From Candidatus Poribacteria bacterium (GTDB taxonomy: Bacteria > Poribacteria > WGA-4E > WGA-3G): a stretch of DNA of 64,000 nt. The notes under the pieces are model-generated. The model did no database searches. It was not told the DNA's origin and saw nothing but the letters and a program-made list of their open reading frames with translations. The stretch covers positions 640,001-704,000 of the forward strand of contig OZ251518.1 of the NCBI GenBank assembly GCA_965242965.1, in the 5' to 3' direction. Positions 10,340 to 20,376 of this stretch are shown here, one piece after another (position 1 is the stretch's first letter; each line of letters begins with the position of its first letter). The translations under genes were made by a program, and so were the position numbers.

Positions 10340-11074
10340 TCACGGGCTATTCCTGCGCATGATGCTGAGAATCTGTCCTGTCATGCCGCTGCCAGTCGGT
10401 TGGGTTGCAAGGAAAAGTGCGGACGCAACAACCTGCTCGGGTTCCTTCCACGGGTCACTTTGAGCCCGGAACGTAGTCTGGCCTTGCCATGCTGATTTCG
10501 ATAACTCTGTCTTGACGGGACCGGGGATAAGCACATTGGCGATGATGCCATATTGCCACATCTCTTCGGCGATGGCTTGCGTTAACCCGTGCAGTGCCGC
10601 TTTGGAAGCGCAATAAATGCTGAGGTTCGCGTGTCCAACTTGTCCCATCCCGGAACCGATGTTGATGATATTCCCCGTTCCCTGGCGTTGCATGATAGGC
10701 AACACCGCGCGGCAGCAATGGACAACCCCCATGACGTTCGTCTGCCAGGTCTGCTCCCACTGCGCATCCGTGGTGTCTAAAAAGAGTCCCCTCGGATTAA
10801 TGCCGGCGTTGTTCACGAGAATATCTATCTTCCCAAACCGCTCAACCGTTTTCTGAACGAGGGTTTCAACATCGGCGCGGACTTGCAAATCGGTTGGCAC
10901 TGCGAGGACTTCGCCGCCTTGTGCCGTGATTTCATCGGCCACTTCGTTCAGCTGCGCTACACTTCGCGCGGCGATGACGATGCTCGCGCCTTCAGCGGCG
11001 TAAGCAATCGCAATCGCCCTGCCGATGCCGCGTCCCCCTCCCGTGATGATAGCGACTTTGTCTTGGAGTTGCAT
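10340..11074 (-). CDS. short-chain dehydrogenase/reductase (SDR)
   Basis: TGGGRGIG, NNAG, YCASK catalytic motif; start at MQLQDKV. Confidence 0.92.
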   Translation of the reverse strand: MQLQDKVAIITGGGRGIGRAIAIAYAAEGASIVIAARSVAQLNEVADEITAQGGEVLAVPTDLQVRADVETLVQKTVERFGKIDILVNNAGINPRGLFLDTTDAQWEQTWQTNVMGVVHCCRAVLPIMQRQGTGNIINIGSGMGQVGHANLSIYCASKAALHGLTQAIAEEMWQYGIIANVLIPGPVKTELSKSAWQGQTTFRAQSDPWKEPEQVVASALFLATQPTGSGMTGQILSIMRRNSP

Positions 11075-11085
11075 GGTTGATTCCT

Positions 11086-11901
11086 TTATGAAGTTATTGC
11101 GCGGTGCCACATCTCCATTAACCGCGCCAACTGCCCCCGGCGCGCCGTAAGTTTCCGTTCCAAGTCTTTGGCGAGTGCAGAAAGCAGTTCTGTGCCGTTC
11201 TCCTTCGCGTTCTCTACCTGCTGCTTGAGTTGATAGGCGTGGCCCGCCTTGAGTCGATTCATCTCTAATCGCAATTCACCCGTTGCCCGGTTGAGGTGCC
11301 GCAGTTCCGCCTGCAGTCTGGCGTGTTTCTCGGCATTCGTTTCCTCGCGATGCGCTTCCGTGTCAAGTTCCCCGATGCTTAATCGTTCCAGCGTCTGGAT
11401 ATCCTGCTCCTGATAGGCGCGATTGATGAGCGGCATGAGCTGCTGCCGCCGTTGCTGTTCGGCGGCATCAACAGTCTTGTCCGGATGATACTGCTTCGCG
11501 AGTTTCCGATAGAGCGTCTGCAGGTGCTTCGCCTTTTCAACGGGAAGTTCGTCCGTCGCTTCTTCCGTTTCCGCTTCCTCGGAATCAGCGATGCACTCGC
11601 GATTTTCCGGAAAGCACGATGTAACGCGCGCTTCGATTTCTGCCTTGCTCACTTTCTCGCGATGCAGTTGCAAGCGGAGCCGATACGCCTTCGTCTCTAG
11701 TTCAACCTTATCTAACTCCACGTAGTAGCGGCCGACATGTGCGTGATATTGGTGCTGAAACGCATCAACGTCTTCCTTGAGCTGCTCAATATCCACGGTA
11801 AATTCGGCTACCTGCCGCCGTTTTGCTTCAATGGCCTGAAGTAGCCGGGAAACGTGTTTTTCATCGGTACTATAGACAGAAACTAACGTGGCAGGCTTCA
11901 T
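11086..11901 (-). CDS. coiled-coil J-domain (DnaJ-like) protein
   Basis: LYRKLAKQYHPDK J-domain motif flanked by coiled coils. Confidence 0.85.
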   Translation of the reverse strand: MKPATLVSVYSTDEKHVSRLLQAIEAKRRQVAEFTVDIEQLKEDVDAFQHQYHAHVGRYYVELDKVELETKAYRLRLQLHREKVSKAEIEARVTSCFPENRECIADSEEAETEEATDELPVEKAKHLQTLYRKLAKQYHPDKTVDAAEQQRRQQLMPLINRAYQEQDIQTLERLSIGELDTEAHREETNAEKHARLQAELRHLNRATGELRLEMNRLKAGHAYQLKQQVENAKENGTELLSALAKDLERKLTARRGQLARLMEMWHRAITS

Positions 11902-11995
11902 GTTTCGTCTCCGTAAGTGGAGTTACGTGCGCGGTTACAAACCGCGCCGCCGGGATACGCGGAAGACGCGGAAAACATGGGGCACCCGATGTGCC

Positions 11996-12376
11996 CTATT
12001 TCTTCCGGTAGGTGATGCGTCCCCGCGTCAAATCGTAGGGGGACAACTCCACGGTAACCTTATCGCCCGGCAGAATCTTGATGAAGAACTTCCGCATTCT
12101 GCCGGAAATGTGCGCGAGGATCTGGTGCTTGTTGTCCAATTCCACGCGGAACATCGCGTTCGGAAGTGGCTCAACGACGACACCTTCTACCTCAATCTTA
12201 TTGCTCTTGGCGGCTGCGCGTTTCCCTTCCTGCTCCTGCGCTTCCTGCTCAGGAGTGGTGGGAGTGGTTTTGCGCTTATCGCGCCGCTTCTTTGACTGCG
12301 GTTTCCGCTTTGGACGGCTCGCGTTTGTGTAGCGCGTCTGCGGCTTCCGCTTGTTACCAGCTGGTCTTCGGTTCAA
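11996..12376 (-). CDS. infA: translation initiation factor IF-1 with basic N-terminal extension
   Basis: [22 protein letters not shown]...[35 protein letters not shown]; probable TTG start 7 nt after AAGGAG. Confidence 0.9.
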   Translation of the reverse strand: MNRRPAGNKRKPQTRYTNASRPKRKPQSKKRRDKRKTTPTTPEQEAQEQEGKRAAAKSNKIEVEGVVVEPLPNAMFRVELDNKHQILAHISGRMRKFFIKILPGDKVTVELSPYDLTRGRITYRKK

Positions 12377-12392
12377 AATGACTCTCCTTATT

Positions 12393-13187
12393 TTATGATT
12401 CCTCTTCAAGACTGAAGAGGTTTCCGGTTTCAGCGACGAGTTCGCGAAAATAATCAATTGCGCGTTGGAGTTGCGCTTCGGCATCCGCGCCATCGTGGCT
12501 TGTTGAAACCATATCTACCGGCATCGTGTCCCCATCCGCTTTTCGGAGGGAGACATACGCCTTTAAATAGACGTTCGGGTGGCGTTCCATCACTTTTTGC
12601 ATCAGTGGTGAGACTGCCGCCTCAAACATCGTTACATAAACACGCGCAGTAGCAACCTCTGCGCTGTATCGTTCGGCAATCAACGGTGCAACGTGCGCCT
12701 CAAAGATTGCCTTCATCTCACGCGGCGGCCCGGGCATCAGCATGAGGGTAGACTGCTCATGCGTCACCCGAATGCACGGTGCCCATCCCGCCGGATTCTG
12801 AAAGACATCCGCTGTTTCCGGCATCGTCGCCATTTTCAGCAGTGCCTCGTTGAGTTCCTCGTTTGCCGGCATGTTTCGGCGTTCCCGAAAATGCGCGACG
12901 GTTTCCTCACTGACGACAACTTTTTTGCCGATGAGTTCGGCAACAACGGTTACCGTCATATCGTCCGGCGTGGGGCCGAGGCCCCCAGTCATCAGGATGA
13001 GCGATGTCTCTCTGTCAACGGCAGAACTTAACGCCTCGTGCATTTCGTCAAAATCGTCGCGAAGCATCGTTACCCGCCGTAACTCGCCGCCGAGTTGCAG
13101 CAGCTGCTGCGCGAGCCAGTGCGCGTTCGTATCCTGAATCTGCCCAATGACTAATTCTGTGCCTATTGAGAAGAGTTCAATTGCCAC
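12393..13187 (-). CDS. CinA-like molybdopterin-binding domain protein
   Basis: [40 protein letters not shown]; GTG start after AAGGAG. Confidence 0.85.
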   Translation of the reverse strand: MAIELFSIGTELVIGQIQDTNAHWLAQQLLQLGGELRRVTMLRDDFDEMHEALSSAVDRETSLILMTGGLGPTPDDMTVTVVAELIGKKVVVSEETVAHFRERRNMPANEELNEALLKMATMPETADVFQNPAGWAPCIRVTHEQSTLMLMPGPPREMKAIFEAHVAPLIAERYSAEVATARVYVTMFEAAVSPLMQKVMERHPNVYLKAYVSLRKADGDTMPVDMVSTSHDGADAEAQLQRAIDYFRELVAETGNLFSLEEES

Positions 13188-13257
13188 ATTATTCTCCTTG
13201 TGTGCCGCCGTGGGCACGATAGTACCGTGGTCTTCCGCTGCGCGTAGCCTCGCGAGG

Positions 13258-13557
13258 GACAGGCCCTCGCGCTACGGTGCTGCGAAGCGGTAGGAGAGCC
13301 CTCCCGGTCTCGATGCATCGGTTTCCAGGCCCTCGCGCTACGGTGATGCGAGCCAGCTGCGAAACTCACCTGCTGCGCGTTTTTGGCTTTGCGACAGACA
13401 GGCCCTCGCGCTACGGTGCTGCGAAGCGGTAGGAGAGCCCTCCCGGTCTCGATGCATCGGTTTCCAGGCCCTCGCGCTACGGTGATGCGAGCCAGCTGCG
13501 AAACTCACCTGCTGCGCGTTTTTGGCTTTGCGACAGACAGGCCCTCGCGCTACGGTA
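13258..13557. repeat. 139-bp tandem duplication of a REP-containing unit
   Basis: AGGCCCTCGCGCTACGGT at 13261, 13400 and 13539 with matching intervening sequence. Confidence 0.9.
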
Positions 13558-13567
13558 TAATCGGGTA

Positions 13568-14602
13568 TTACAGCACCTCGTTAAGGAACTGAAACGCACC
13601 GATGCCGTGGAAACTATGCCCGGCTTCAAACGCCTCAAACCCCAATTTATCGTCAGCACCGAAGACACCGAAAATCTCCCTCGCGCGATTCACGGCGAAA
13701 CGGGTGGCTTCAATGGGGAAAATGGTATCTTCCGTGCCGGATTCCACGAACATCGCCCGCGGGGCAATTAATCCTGCAATATCAAACATCTCTGCGTATT
13801 TTAGCACAGATGGGATATAATTGTCCATACAATGGCTCAGACTGAGGATGCTATCGCGGAACGTGTTGAAATAGCCGCTCACGACTGCCGCTTTGAATCG
13901 CGTATCAAGGGCAGCTGCAAAGAAGGTTGTCGTCCCGCCACCGGAAATACCCATGATGCCGATGCGCCGGCTGTCTATTTCTGGGCGCGTTGCAAGATAG
14001 TCCAATGCGCGCATGGCATCGTAAACGCGCCATCCTACCATGGTTTGCCCAAGCAGGAAGGCGGCACCCGCGCTCGGTTGGCATGAGGAATTCCCTGCAC
14101 CCCTCTGTCGTGCCGCATTATCGCGCCGATGCCCAAATCCGAACTGCTCAATGGCAAGGACGGCGTAGCCGTGTTCAACACACTGCAGCGCGAAATCGTT
14201 CTGATAACCGCCGTATTCTGTTCGCATGCAGCCATCTTCTTCGATGCCGACGATGTCATCTACACCACGGCCGTGCCCTGCTAAACAGAGCATCGCGGGC
14301 CCCGGCGACGAAAAGTCTTTCGGCAACAGCAAATAGCCGAAGACTGTCATGTTCTGCCGACTCTGAAACTGGACGGTTTCACGGGTATAGTTATCGAATT
14401 CGTGCGATGCCAACACTTGAGGGTGGAGGATGCAGGAGTGTTGCGGAAAGCCGCCCACTAACTGGGTGAGTTTGCGCCGCAATGCACCCTGCCATCTCTC
14501 TGCTTCTTCGCGCGTCGTCGCCTGAAACGCGAATTGGCGCGGTGTTTCATCGTAGAGTGCATGAGAAAATGCTAATGTGTCCAGATGTTGTTCGTGATTC
14601 AT
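13568..14602 (-). CDS. alpha/beta hydrolase (acetylxylan esterase/dienelactone hydrolase-like)
   Basis: GISGGG nucleophile elbow, HCMDNYIP, D..FP and GHSF. Confidence 0.85.
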   Translation of the reverse strand: MNHEQHLDTLAFSHALYDETPRQFAFQATTREEAERWQGALRRKLTQLVGGFPQHSCILHPQVLASHEFDNYTRETVQFQSRQNMTVFGYLLLPKDFSSPGPAMLCLAGHGRGVDDIVGIEEDGCMRTEYGGYQNDFALQCVEHGYAVLAIEQFGFGHRRDNAARQRGAGNSSCQPSAGAAFLLGQTMVGWRVYDAMRALDYLATRPEIDSRRIGIMGISGGGTTTFFAAALDTRFKAAVVSGYFNTFRDSILSLSHCMDNYIPSVLKYAEMFDIAGLIAPRAMFVESGTEDTIFPIEATRFAVNRAREIFGVFGADDKLGFEAFEAGHSFHGIGAFQFLNEVL

Positions 14603-14606
14603 CGCC

Positions 14607-15857
14607 TCAATCCCTCAACATATTCAAGACGAACCCTGTCGCCATTTTCGGATAAAAATAGGTGGACTTCTGCGGCATTGTCTGTCCCGCCATCGCCACG
14701 TCCAAGACTTCCGAAACGGGTGTCGGGTTCATCAACAGCGCAACGCGGTCGGCGCTGCCTTTGACGTATGTGACAGCATCTGTCGCATCTGCTGTGTAAC
14801 TGATGTATTCCGGCGTTGTCTCAATGCCGAACTGCTTGTCAATGAGGAGGTTGTGGAGGAGCGTTACGTCTAACCGTTCATAGCCGGCAGTTTCGGAAGT
14901 TAACTTGGGGATTAACAGCCGGTAGGTATCGTCAGGGGTGTAAAGTCCGAACGCGGGGTGTTTTCCGCGCTGCGCGGCGAGGCGTTCCATCAGCGATGCG
15001 AGGCTATCCACTTTTTGAACCTCAAACGCTTCGGGGAGTTTCGCGACGACGTGCGCGATTTTATCAGGAGACAACCGTTGGATGAGACGATGAATGGCGA
15101 GCACCGCCAAGCCGGGTGATTCCATGCGCACCAGATTCATCATCATGTAGTTGTAGCCGGTGAGTTGCGGGGTGCGTGCCTGCATCTCGGTGCGGAAAGC
15201 GAGAGCCGTCTCGTAACGGTGATGCCCATCCGCGATGAGGAGCGGTTTGTCAGCGAAGAGTGCTTGGATTTCACGTGTCCGACTCTCCATGCGCCACAAT
15301 TGATGCGTGCTACCGAAAGCTTCATCAATGCTGACAAGCGGTTCAGTTACATCAGTGAAAGCCTCCGTGATTCCTTCAATGTCGCCCGCTTCATCGGAAT
15401 AGAGCATGAAGATGGGGCTCAGGTTCGCGTGGCATGCGCGCATCAGGTTGAGCCTGTCTGCCTTAGGGCCCGCATGCGTTTTTTCGTGCGGGAAAATGAC
15501 GCGGTTCTCAAAAGGTTCCAATTTCACCTTTGCAATGAGGGCGCGGCGCGTATAGGTGATGCCATCGGGTGCAGTGAACGCCTGGGCATAAATGTAATAA
15601 CTCGGTGTTTTGTCCTGCAAGAACGTCCCGTCGCGCCTCCACGTCTTCATCAGCGCGGCGGCGTGCGTATACCTATCTTCGTCCTCACGCGGTTGACTCA
15701 AGATAAGGTGGATGATGTTTGCCGGATGTCGTGCTTCCAGTGCCACGCGTTCATCGGGTTTGATGACATCATACGGTGGCGCGATAACATCGGCGATGTC
15801 GCCCACTTTGTTCGGATTGTAGCGCAGTCCGCGAAACGGAATAACTGTCGTCTCCAT
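14607..15857 (-). CDS. DUF1015 family protein
   Basis: PFRGLRY, APPYDVI, PHEKT, IADGHHRYETA, MPQKSTYFYPK; start uncertain (15857 or 15890). Confidence 0.9.
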   Translation of the reverse strand: METTVIPFRGLRYNPNKVGDIADVIAPPYDVIKPDERVALEARHPANIIHLILSQPREDEDRYTHAAALMKTWRRDGTFLQDKTPSYYIYAQAFTAPDGITYTRRALIAKVKLEPFENRVIFPHEKTHAGPKADRLNLMRACHANLSPIFMLYSDEAGDIEGITEAFTDVTEPLVSIDEAFGSTHQLWRMESRTREIQALFADKPLLIADGHHRYETALAFRTEMQARTPQLTGYNYMMMNLVRMESPGLAVLAIHRLIQRLSPDKIAHVVAKLPEAFEVQKVDSLASLMERLAAQRGKHPAFGLYTPDDTYRLLIPKLTSETAGYERLDVTLLHNLLIDKQFGIETTPEYISYTADATDAVTYVKGSADRVALLMNPTPVSEVLDVAMAGQTMPQKSTYFYPKMATGFVLNMLRD

Positions 15858-15945
15858 AGTTTTTCGTATCCTGTAAGGGAGGATTTCCATATCCTCCTGT
15901 CTTCTCTTGTGGCGGCCAGGTATAGACATCCGCCTTGACAAGCGT

Positions 15946-16863
15946 CTAATCCCACAACCTCGTGCTAAAATAGCGTTCGCCCAAGTCATTAAAGACGGTG
16001 ACGATAACCCCTTCCTGAATTTGTTGTGCGACTTTGTATGCGCCGTAGAGATACCCACCGGACGATTGCCCGACGAACCAGCCGTGTCGCGCGAGCCGGC
16101 TGCACATCTCATGCGCGTGCTCAATCGTCGCATGAACGCGGCAATCGATGATGCTCTCATCCAGAATTTCTGGCACGATGTCGTCAGGGTGCCCAAGCGG
16201 TTTTAACCCCTCAATGCCCGGAAACGCCTCCGGTGAGATGGTGCATATCTGAATGTCAGGGTTATAGCTTTTCAATCGCCTGCCGACACCGGTAATCGTG
16301 CCGCCGGTGCCGACACCGGCGACGAAATGGGTGACTTTTCCGCCAGTCTGCTCCCAGATTTCGACACCCGTGGTCTCGTAGTGCGCGCGCCAGTTGTTCT
16401 CGTTTTCGTATTGTGATTTGAAAAAATACCGATTCGGTGCCGCTTCATAACGCCGTTCCACCTCGCGCAATGCCTCGTCGTAACCGAGGAGCGCATCGGT
16501 GTAGATAACCCGCGCGCCGTGCGAGTGAATGCGTTTTTTGCGTTCGTCACTGGCGTTCTCTGGAATGACGAGTTCGACTTGATACCCTAGCACCGCGCCA
16601 ATCATCGCATAGGCGATACCGGCGTTGCCGGAACTAGAATCCAAAATCACCTTGTCGCGCGTGAGTTCTCCGGATGCAATCGCCTCGGTGAGCATGCGCA
16701 AGACCGGCCGGTCTTTGATAGAACCGCCCGGGTTGTAGGTTTCTACCTTCGCGTAGATTTCCACATTCGGCAGCTCATCCTCAAAAAGAGCGAGTTTGGC
16801 GAGCGGTGTCTGTCCGATGAGTTGAAGCAGTGGATAGTCTGCTGGAATAGTTCGGTTGCTCAT
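15946..16863 (-). CDS. PLP-dependent cysteine synthase family protein
   Basis: IGQTPL, NPGGSIKDR (PLP Lys), SSGNAG, GVGTGGT, GERYFS. Confidence 0.9.
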   Translation of the reverse strand: MSNRTIPADYPLLQLIGQTPLAKLALFEDELPNVEIYAKVETYNPGGSIKDRPVLRMLTEAIASGELTRDKVILDSSSGNAGIAYAMIGAVLGYQVELVIPENASDERKKRIHSHGARVIYTDALLGYDEALREVERRYEAAPNRYFFKSQYENENNWRAHYETTGVEIWEQTGGKVTHFVAGVGTGGTITGVGRRLKSYNPDIQICTISPEAFPGIEGLKPLGHPDDIVPEILDESIIDCRVHATIEHAHEMCSRLARHGWFVGQSSGGYLYGAYKVAQQIQEGVIVTVFNDLGERYFSTRLWD

Positions 16864-16890
16864 GTAAACTGATTTATCCTGTCGTTTCTG

Positions 16891-17505
16891 TTAGGTGCGC
16901 CGCGTGCTATTCTTGCGAAGGAGTTGCGCCATGTAATCCTTCGCGGCATCTGTCGTTAATTCGCCGTTGAGGATGGGCTTCACCTCAAATTCTGCTAACC
17001 GCACCGTTGGATTGAGTCCGTGCATTGGGGGCAGCCAATCCCGAAACGTATCAAAAAATGCCCGTTGCGCTGCGCGCCCATTTTCATAAGGAAAGTCCGC
17101 TGTCGGGCGGCGGAACCGCGCCGTTCCTTTCGCTAGTGCCGCTGCATGATGTTGCCGGCAAAACCGCCGATACGTCTCCAATTCATACGCGAGAGGCACA
17201 TCTGCCGTATAAAACCGCAACGTTTGTTCCCGATAGTGCGTGAAGTGTTGCAATTCGTCAAACTCAAAGATGAAGTGGTAAGGTGCCGGAAAATAGGCAT
17301 CGGGAATCAGGTATCCGTCTGCCTTCGCCGTTGTGCCTTCCCAATCGCCTTCTAGTTCGGCATAGAGTGCCATGATGTCAACGTAAGCGTCGCCGAAGTG
17401 TTCGGGCTGCGGTTTGTTGCGGAGCCATTCAAATTGCGCGCGTCGCTCTGCGGGTATTCCCAAAACTTGTTCGACGATGGCGATGATACCGACTTCTAGG
17501 CGCAT
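16891..17505 (-). CDS. hypothetical protein, possible PD-(D/E)xK-like nuclease
   Basis: 204 aa; PDAYF...FEFDELQHF and QRAFFD..RD motifs. Confidence 0.6.
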   Translation of the reverse strand: MRLEVGIIAIVEQVLGIPAERRAQFEWLRNKPQPEHFGDAYVDIMALYAELEGDWEGTTAKADGYLIPDAYFPAPYHFIFEFDELQHFTHYREQTLRFYTADVPLAYELETYRRFCRQHHAAALAKGTARFRRPTADFPYENGRAAQRAFFDTFRDWLPPMHGLNPTVRLAEFEVKPILNGELTTDAAKDYMAQLLRKNSTRRT

Positions 17506-17560
17506 TTTTCCCTCTAAAGAGGTGCGCGCTTGGAACGCGCGTTTACCGACAATAAGGGTG

Positions 17561-18367
17561 CTACACCGGTGCGATGTCTAGGTTTTTCAGTGCCTCACCG
17601 GTAGTTGAGCCGATTAAGCTCGCCAAATAGTCCCTGTCGCGTTGCAACGCCTCCAACTTGTCGTCACCGTGGAGGAACTCCACCTCAAGGTAGCCGGCGT
17701 ATCCTGCATTGCTGAGAATTTCAACGATGCGCGCGTAATCCACGACACCCTCTGCGATAGGGCACGCTTTCCCCTGTTCGTCAAAATTTTGCGCGTGCAC
17801 ATTGACAATGTGCTGCACGAGTTGTTGCGCGGCGGTGTGCGGCTCATCGGCATCTGTCCGCGCCAGCGGCTGATAGTAGGTTCGGAGAGATGGCACGTTC
17901 ACTCCTTCGATTACCTCCAAGATAGTCGCGACGCTATCGGTGAGGTTGTTGTTGTGCATCTCCAGTCCGAGTTTCATACTGCGGAAATTCGCCCACTGCG
18001 CCATGCTGACGAGTCGGAAGAGAATCAACCTTTTGTCCGCGGGCGCAATAGATTTAGACGGGCCACCGCCAGACCAGATTCTCACCAAGTCTGTGCCGAG
18101 TTCCTTCGCGATTTCAAACGCCTCTTCAAAATGCTTCTGATAGAGCGGCATCATAGGGTTGACGTAGGAGCCGAACGCCGAGATAGCCAAGCCTCGGCGG
18201 TGCGCGGTATCCCTGATGTTTCTGATGTAAGCCGCGTCGTAGTCCGCGGGTATATGCGGCGGCTTGCCCCAGATTTCGATGCCGTGAAACCCGTAATCCG
18301 CCGCGATGTCTATTACCTCTTCCAGCGGTTTTTCTTGAAACGCGATAGTGCATAAGCCGATTTTCAT
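17561..18367 (-). CDS. sugar phosphate isomerase/epimerase (xylose isomerase-like TIM barrel)
   Basis: GFHGIEIWG, LEMHNN, NVHAQN, GYAGYLEVE. Confidence 0.85.
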   Translation of the reverse strand: MKIGLCTIAFQEKPLEEVIDIAADYGFHGIEIWGKPPHIPADYDAAYIRNIRDTAHRRGLAISAFGSYVNPMMPLYQKHFEEAFEIAKELGTDLVRIWSGGGPSKSIAPADKRLILFRLVSMAQWANFRSMKLGLEMHNNNLTDSVATILEVIEGVNVPSLRTYYQPLARTDADEPHTAAQQLVQHIVNVHAQNFDEQGKACPIAEGVVDYARIVEILSNAGYAGYLEVEFLHGDDKLEALQRDRDYLASLIGSTTGEALKNLDIAPV

Positions 18368-18575
18368 TGCGTTGTTCTCCCCGACTTTGTCTATTTATAC
18401 AAATAGGATACCACAAAAACAAAAAAATTGCAAGAAAAGTTTTTATTTTTTCTCTATTCTTGACATTAATGCACAGATACGTTATTATTTCCTCACATTC
18501 CGGTAGGCGGGTGCTCCTACTGGGAAACGGAATCGTTTTTGACAACAACGATTTATGAAACACCTTCCGTGAATT

Positions 18576-18871
18576 GAGAGTGTTTCATAAATCGTTCAAC
18601 GTGGCGGGGACAGGCCCCGCGCTACCGTGAAAAAAACGCCGCCCCTTCACGTAGGGCGAGGGTCCTCGGATACCACACGCGCATGCGAGCGGGTTTCCCT
18701 CTCCATGCGTTTTGGTGTCAGACCGCGTCACCCCTGTAGGTCAAGATCGCCTGATCTTGACTCGTTCGGGAGCGGGCGCTCCCGAACTACAGAGGTGGGG
18801 CCGAGGCCTGCCGGTATTCGCCTGCCCGCCAAGGCAGGATAAATACCGAAACGGAATTATGAAACACCCTC
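18576..18871. mobile_element. MITE-like TIR-bounded REP cassette (inverted copy of 6896-7223)
   Basis: GAGAGTGTTTCATAA...TTATGAAACACCCTC; flanks ATT and ACT; an extra opposed TIR at 18553-18567. Confidence 0.72.
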
Positions 18872-18897
18872 ACTGACATTGTTCTGGATTTCAGGAG

Positions 18898-19659
18898 ATG
18901 AGCGTGCGTCAAAGGATTCAATTTGCACAAATAGCGTTAATCTGCTGCCTTTTGCTGTGCCTCGGGCTTTTCGGATGTGCACAAGAGGCGGAACTCACCG
19001 TTTTCGGGGCGATGAGTTTAACCGATGCACTCACCGAAATCGGCGAGGAGTTTACTGAGACGCATGACGTTAAAGTCTATTTTAGTTTTGCCGCGTCGGC
19101 AACGCTACAACGTCAACTTGAAAAAGGCGCGTCGGCAGATGTCTTTATCTCGGCAAGCCCAAAGCAGGTGGACATGCTCGCCGAACGGGATATGGTTTTA
19201 ACAGAGAGCCGCTACGATATGCTAACCAATCGGTTAGTGTTGGTAGCGCATACCTCTTCGCCGCTAAAGAATCTGACGAGTGATGGCATCTCACGAATTG
19301 CAATTGGCCAGCCGGAAATCGTGCCTGCCGGCACTTACGCAAAAGAGGCGTTGATAACCTTAGACATCTGGGACGCGCTCCAGCCGAAACTCATCTACGG
19401 CGTTGATGTCCGCGCCACCCTCGCTTATATCGCTGCCGGCAACGTTGATGTCGCGATTGTCTATCAGACTGATGCAACCCTGCGTCGCGATGTCAAGGTG
19501 CTTTACCAATTCCCGGATGAAACGCATGCGCCGATTGTTTACCCGGCTGTCATCATGAAGGGGAGCCGACAAAAGCGGCACGCGCAACGGTTTATTGACT
19601 ACCTGAAATCTGTCCGCGCCACCCAAATTTTTAAGAGGCACGGGTTCACGCGTCTATAA
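18898..19659 (+). CDS. modA: molybdate ABC transporter substrate-binding lipoprotein
   Basis: Lipobox LFGC; GASADVFISA, VPAGTYAKEAL, PIVYP. Confidence 0.92.
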   Translation: MSVRQRIQFAQIALICCLLLCLGLFGCAQEAELTVFGAMSLTDALTEIGEEFTETHDVKVYFSFAASATLQRQLEKGASADVFISASPKQVDMLAERDMVLTESRYDMLTNRLVLVAHTSSPLKNLTSDGISRIAIGQPEIVPAGTYAKEALITLDIWDALQPKLIYGVDVRATLAYIAAGNVDVAIVYQTDATLRRDVKVLYQFPDETHAPIVYPAVIMKGSRQKRHAQRFIDYLKSVRATQIFKRHGFTRL

Positions 19660-19669
19660 TGGAAATGCA

Positions 19670-20338
19670 ATGAGGATAACCGCCGCAGAAATTACGGCAC
19701 TCACCTTAACAATAAAGGTTGCGTTGCTGAGTCTCATCGTCATGTTTCCGCCTGGGCTTTTTGTTGGATGGCTCCTTGCAAAACGAACGTTCCCCGGGAG
19801 GACGCTTCTCAACACGTGCGTCATGCTTCCCCTCGTGCTGCCGCCGGTGGTGAGCGGGTATCTGCTCTTAATGTTGTTGAGCAAACACGGACTTGTCGGC
19901 GGGTTTCTCTTCAAGACTTTCGGGATAGAGCTGGTCTTCACAGAATTCGCGGTTGTTATCGCGCTGTCGGTTATCTCTTTTCCGCTTCTGGTGCGCGGCA
20001 TCATGACAGGCATGTCAGCCGTGCCAGAGAGACTTGAAAACGTCGCGCGAACGCTGGGCGCGTCGCCGATGAGAGTCTTTTTCACGGTGACCTTACCGCT
20101 TGCCGCGCGCGGTATCGTCGGCGGTGTCATCCTCGGTTTCTCCAAGAGCCTCGGCGAATTCGGCGCGACTATCATGGTGGCAGGCAACATTCCCGGCAAA
20201 ACCCAGACGATGGCACTCGCTATTTTCAACGCGGTGCAACTCGGCCGCGATGCCTCTGTCTATCGGTTGGTGTTTATTTCGACTGTCGTCGCCTTTGTCG
20301 CGCTATGGCTGGCGGAACGCTCACTCGCCAGAACGTAA
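19670..20338 (+). CDS. modB: molybdate ABC transporter permease
   Basis: LPLVLPPVVSGY, SLGEFGATIMVAGNIPGKTQT. Confidence 0.93.
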   Translation: MRITAAEITALTLTIKVALLSLIVMFPPGLFVGWLLAKRTFPGRTLLNTCVMLPLVLPPVVSGYLLLMLLSKHGLVGGFLFKTFGIELVFTEFAVVIALSVISFPLLVRGIMTGMSAVPERLENVARTLGASPMRVFFTVTLPLAARGIVGGVILGFSKSLGEFGATIMVAGNIPGKTQTMALAIFNAVQLGRDASVYRLVFISTVVAFVALWLAERSLART

Positions 20339-20376
20339 ACAGGGATGTCTCTATTCGTCCGTTCCAAAAGAGAAAA

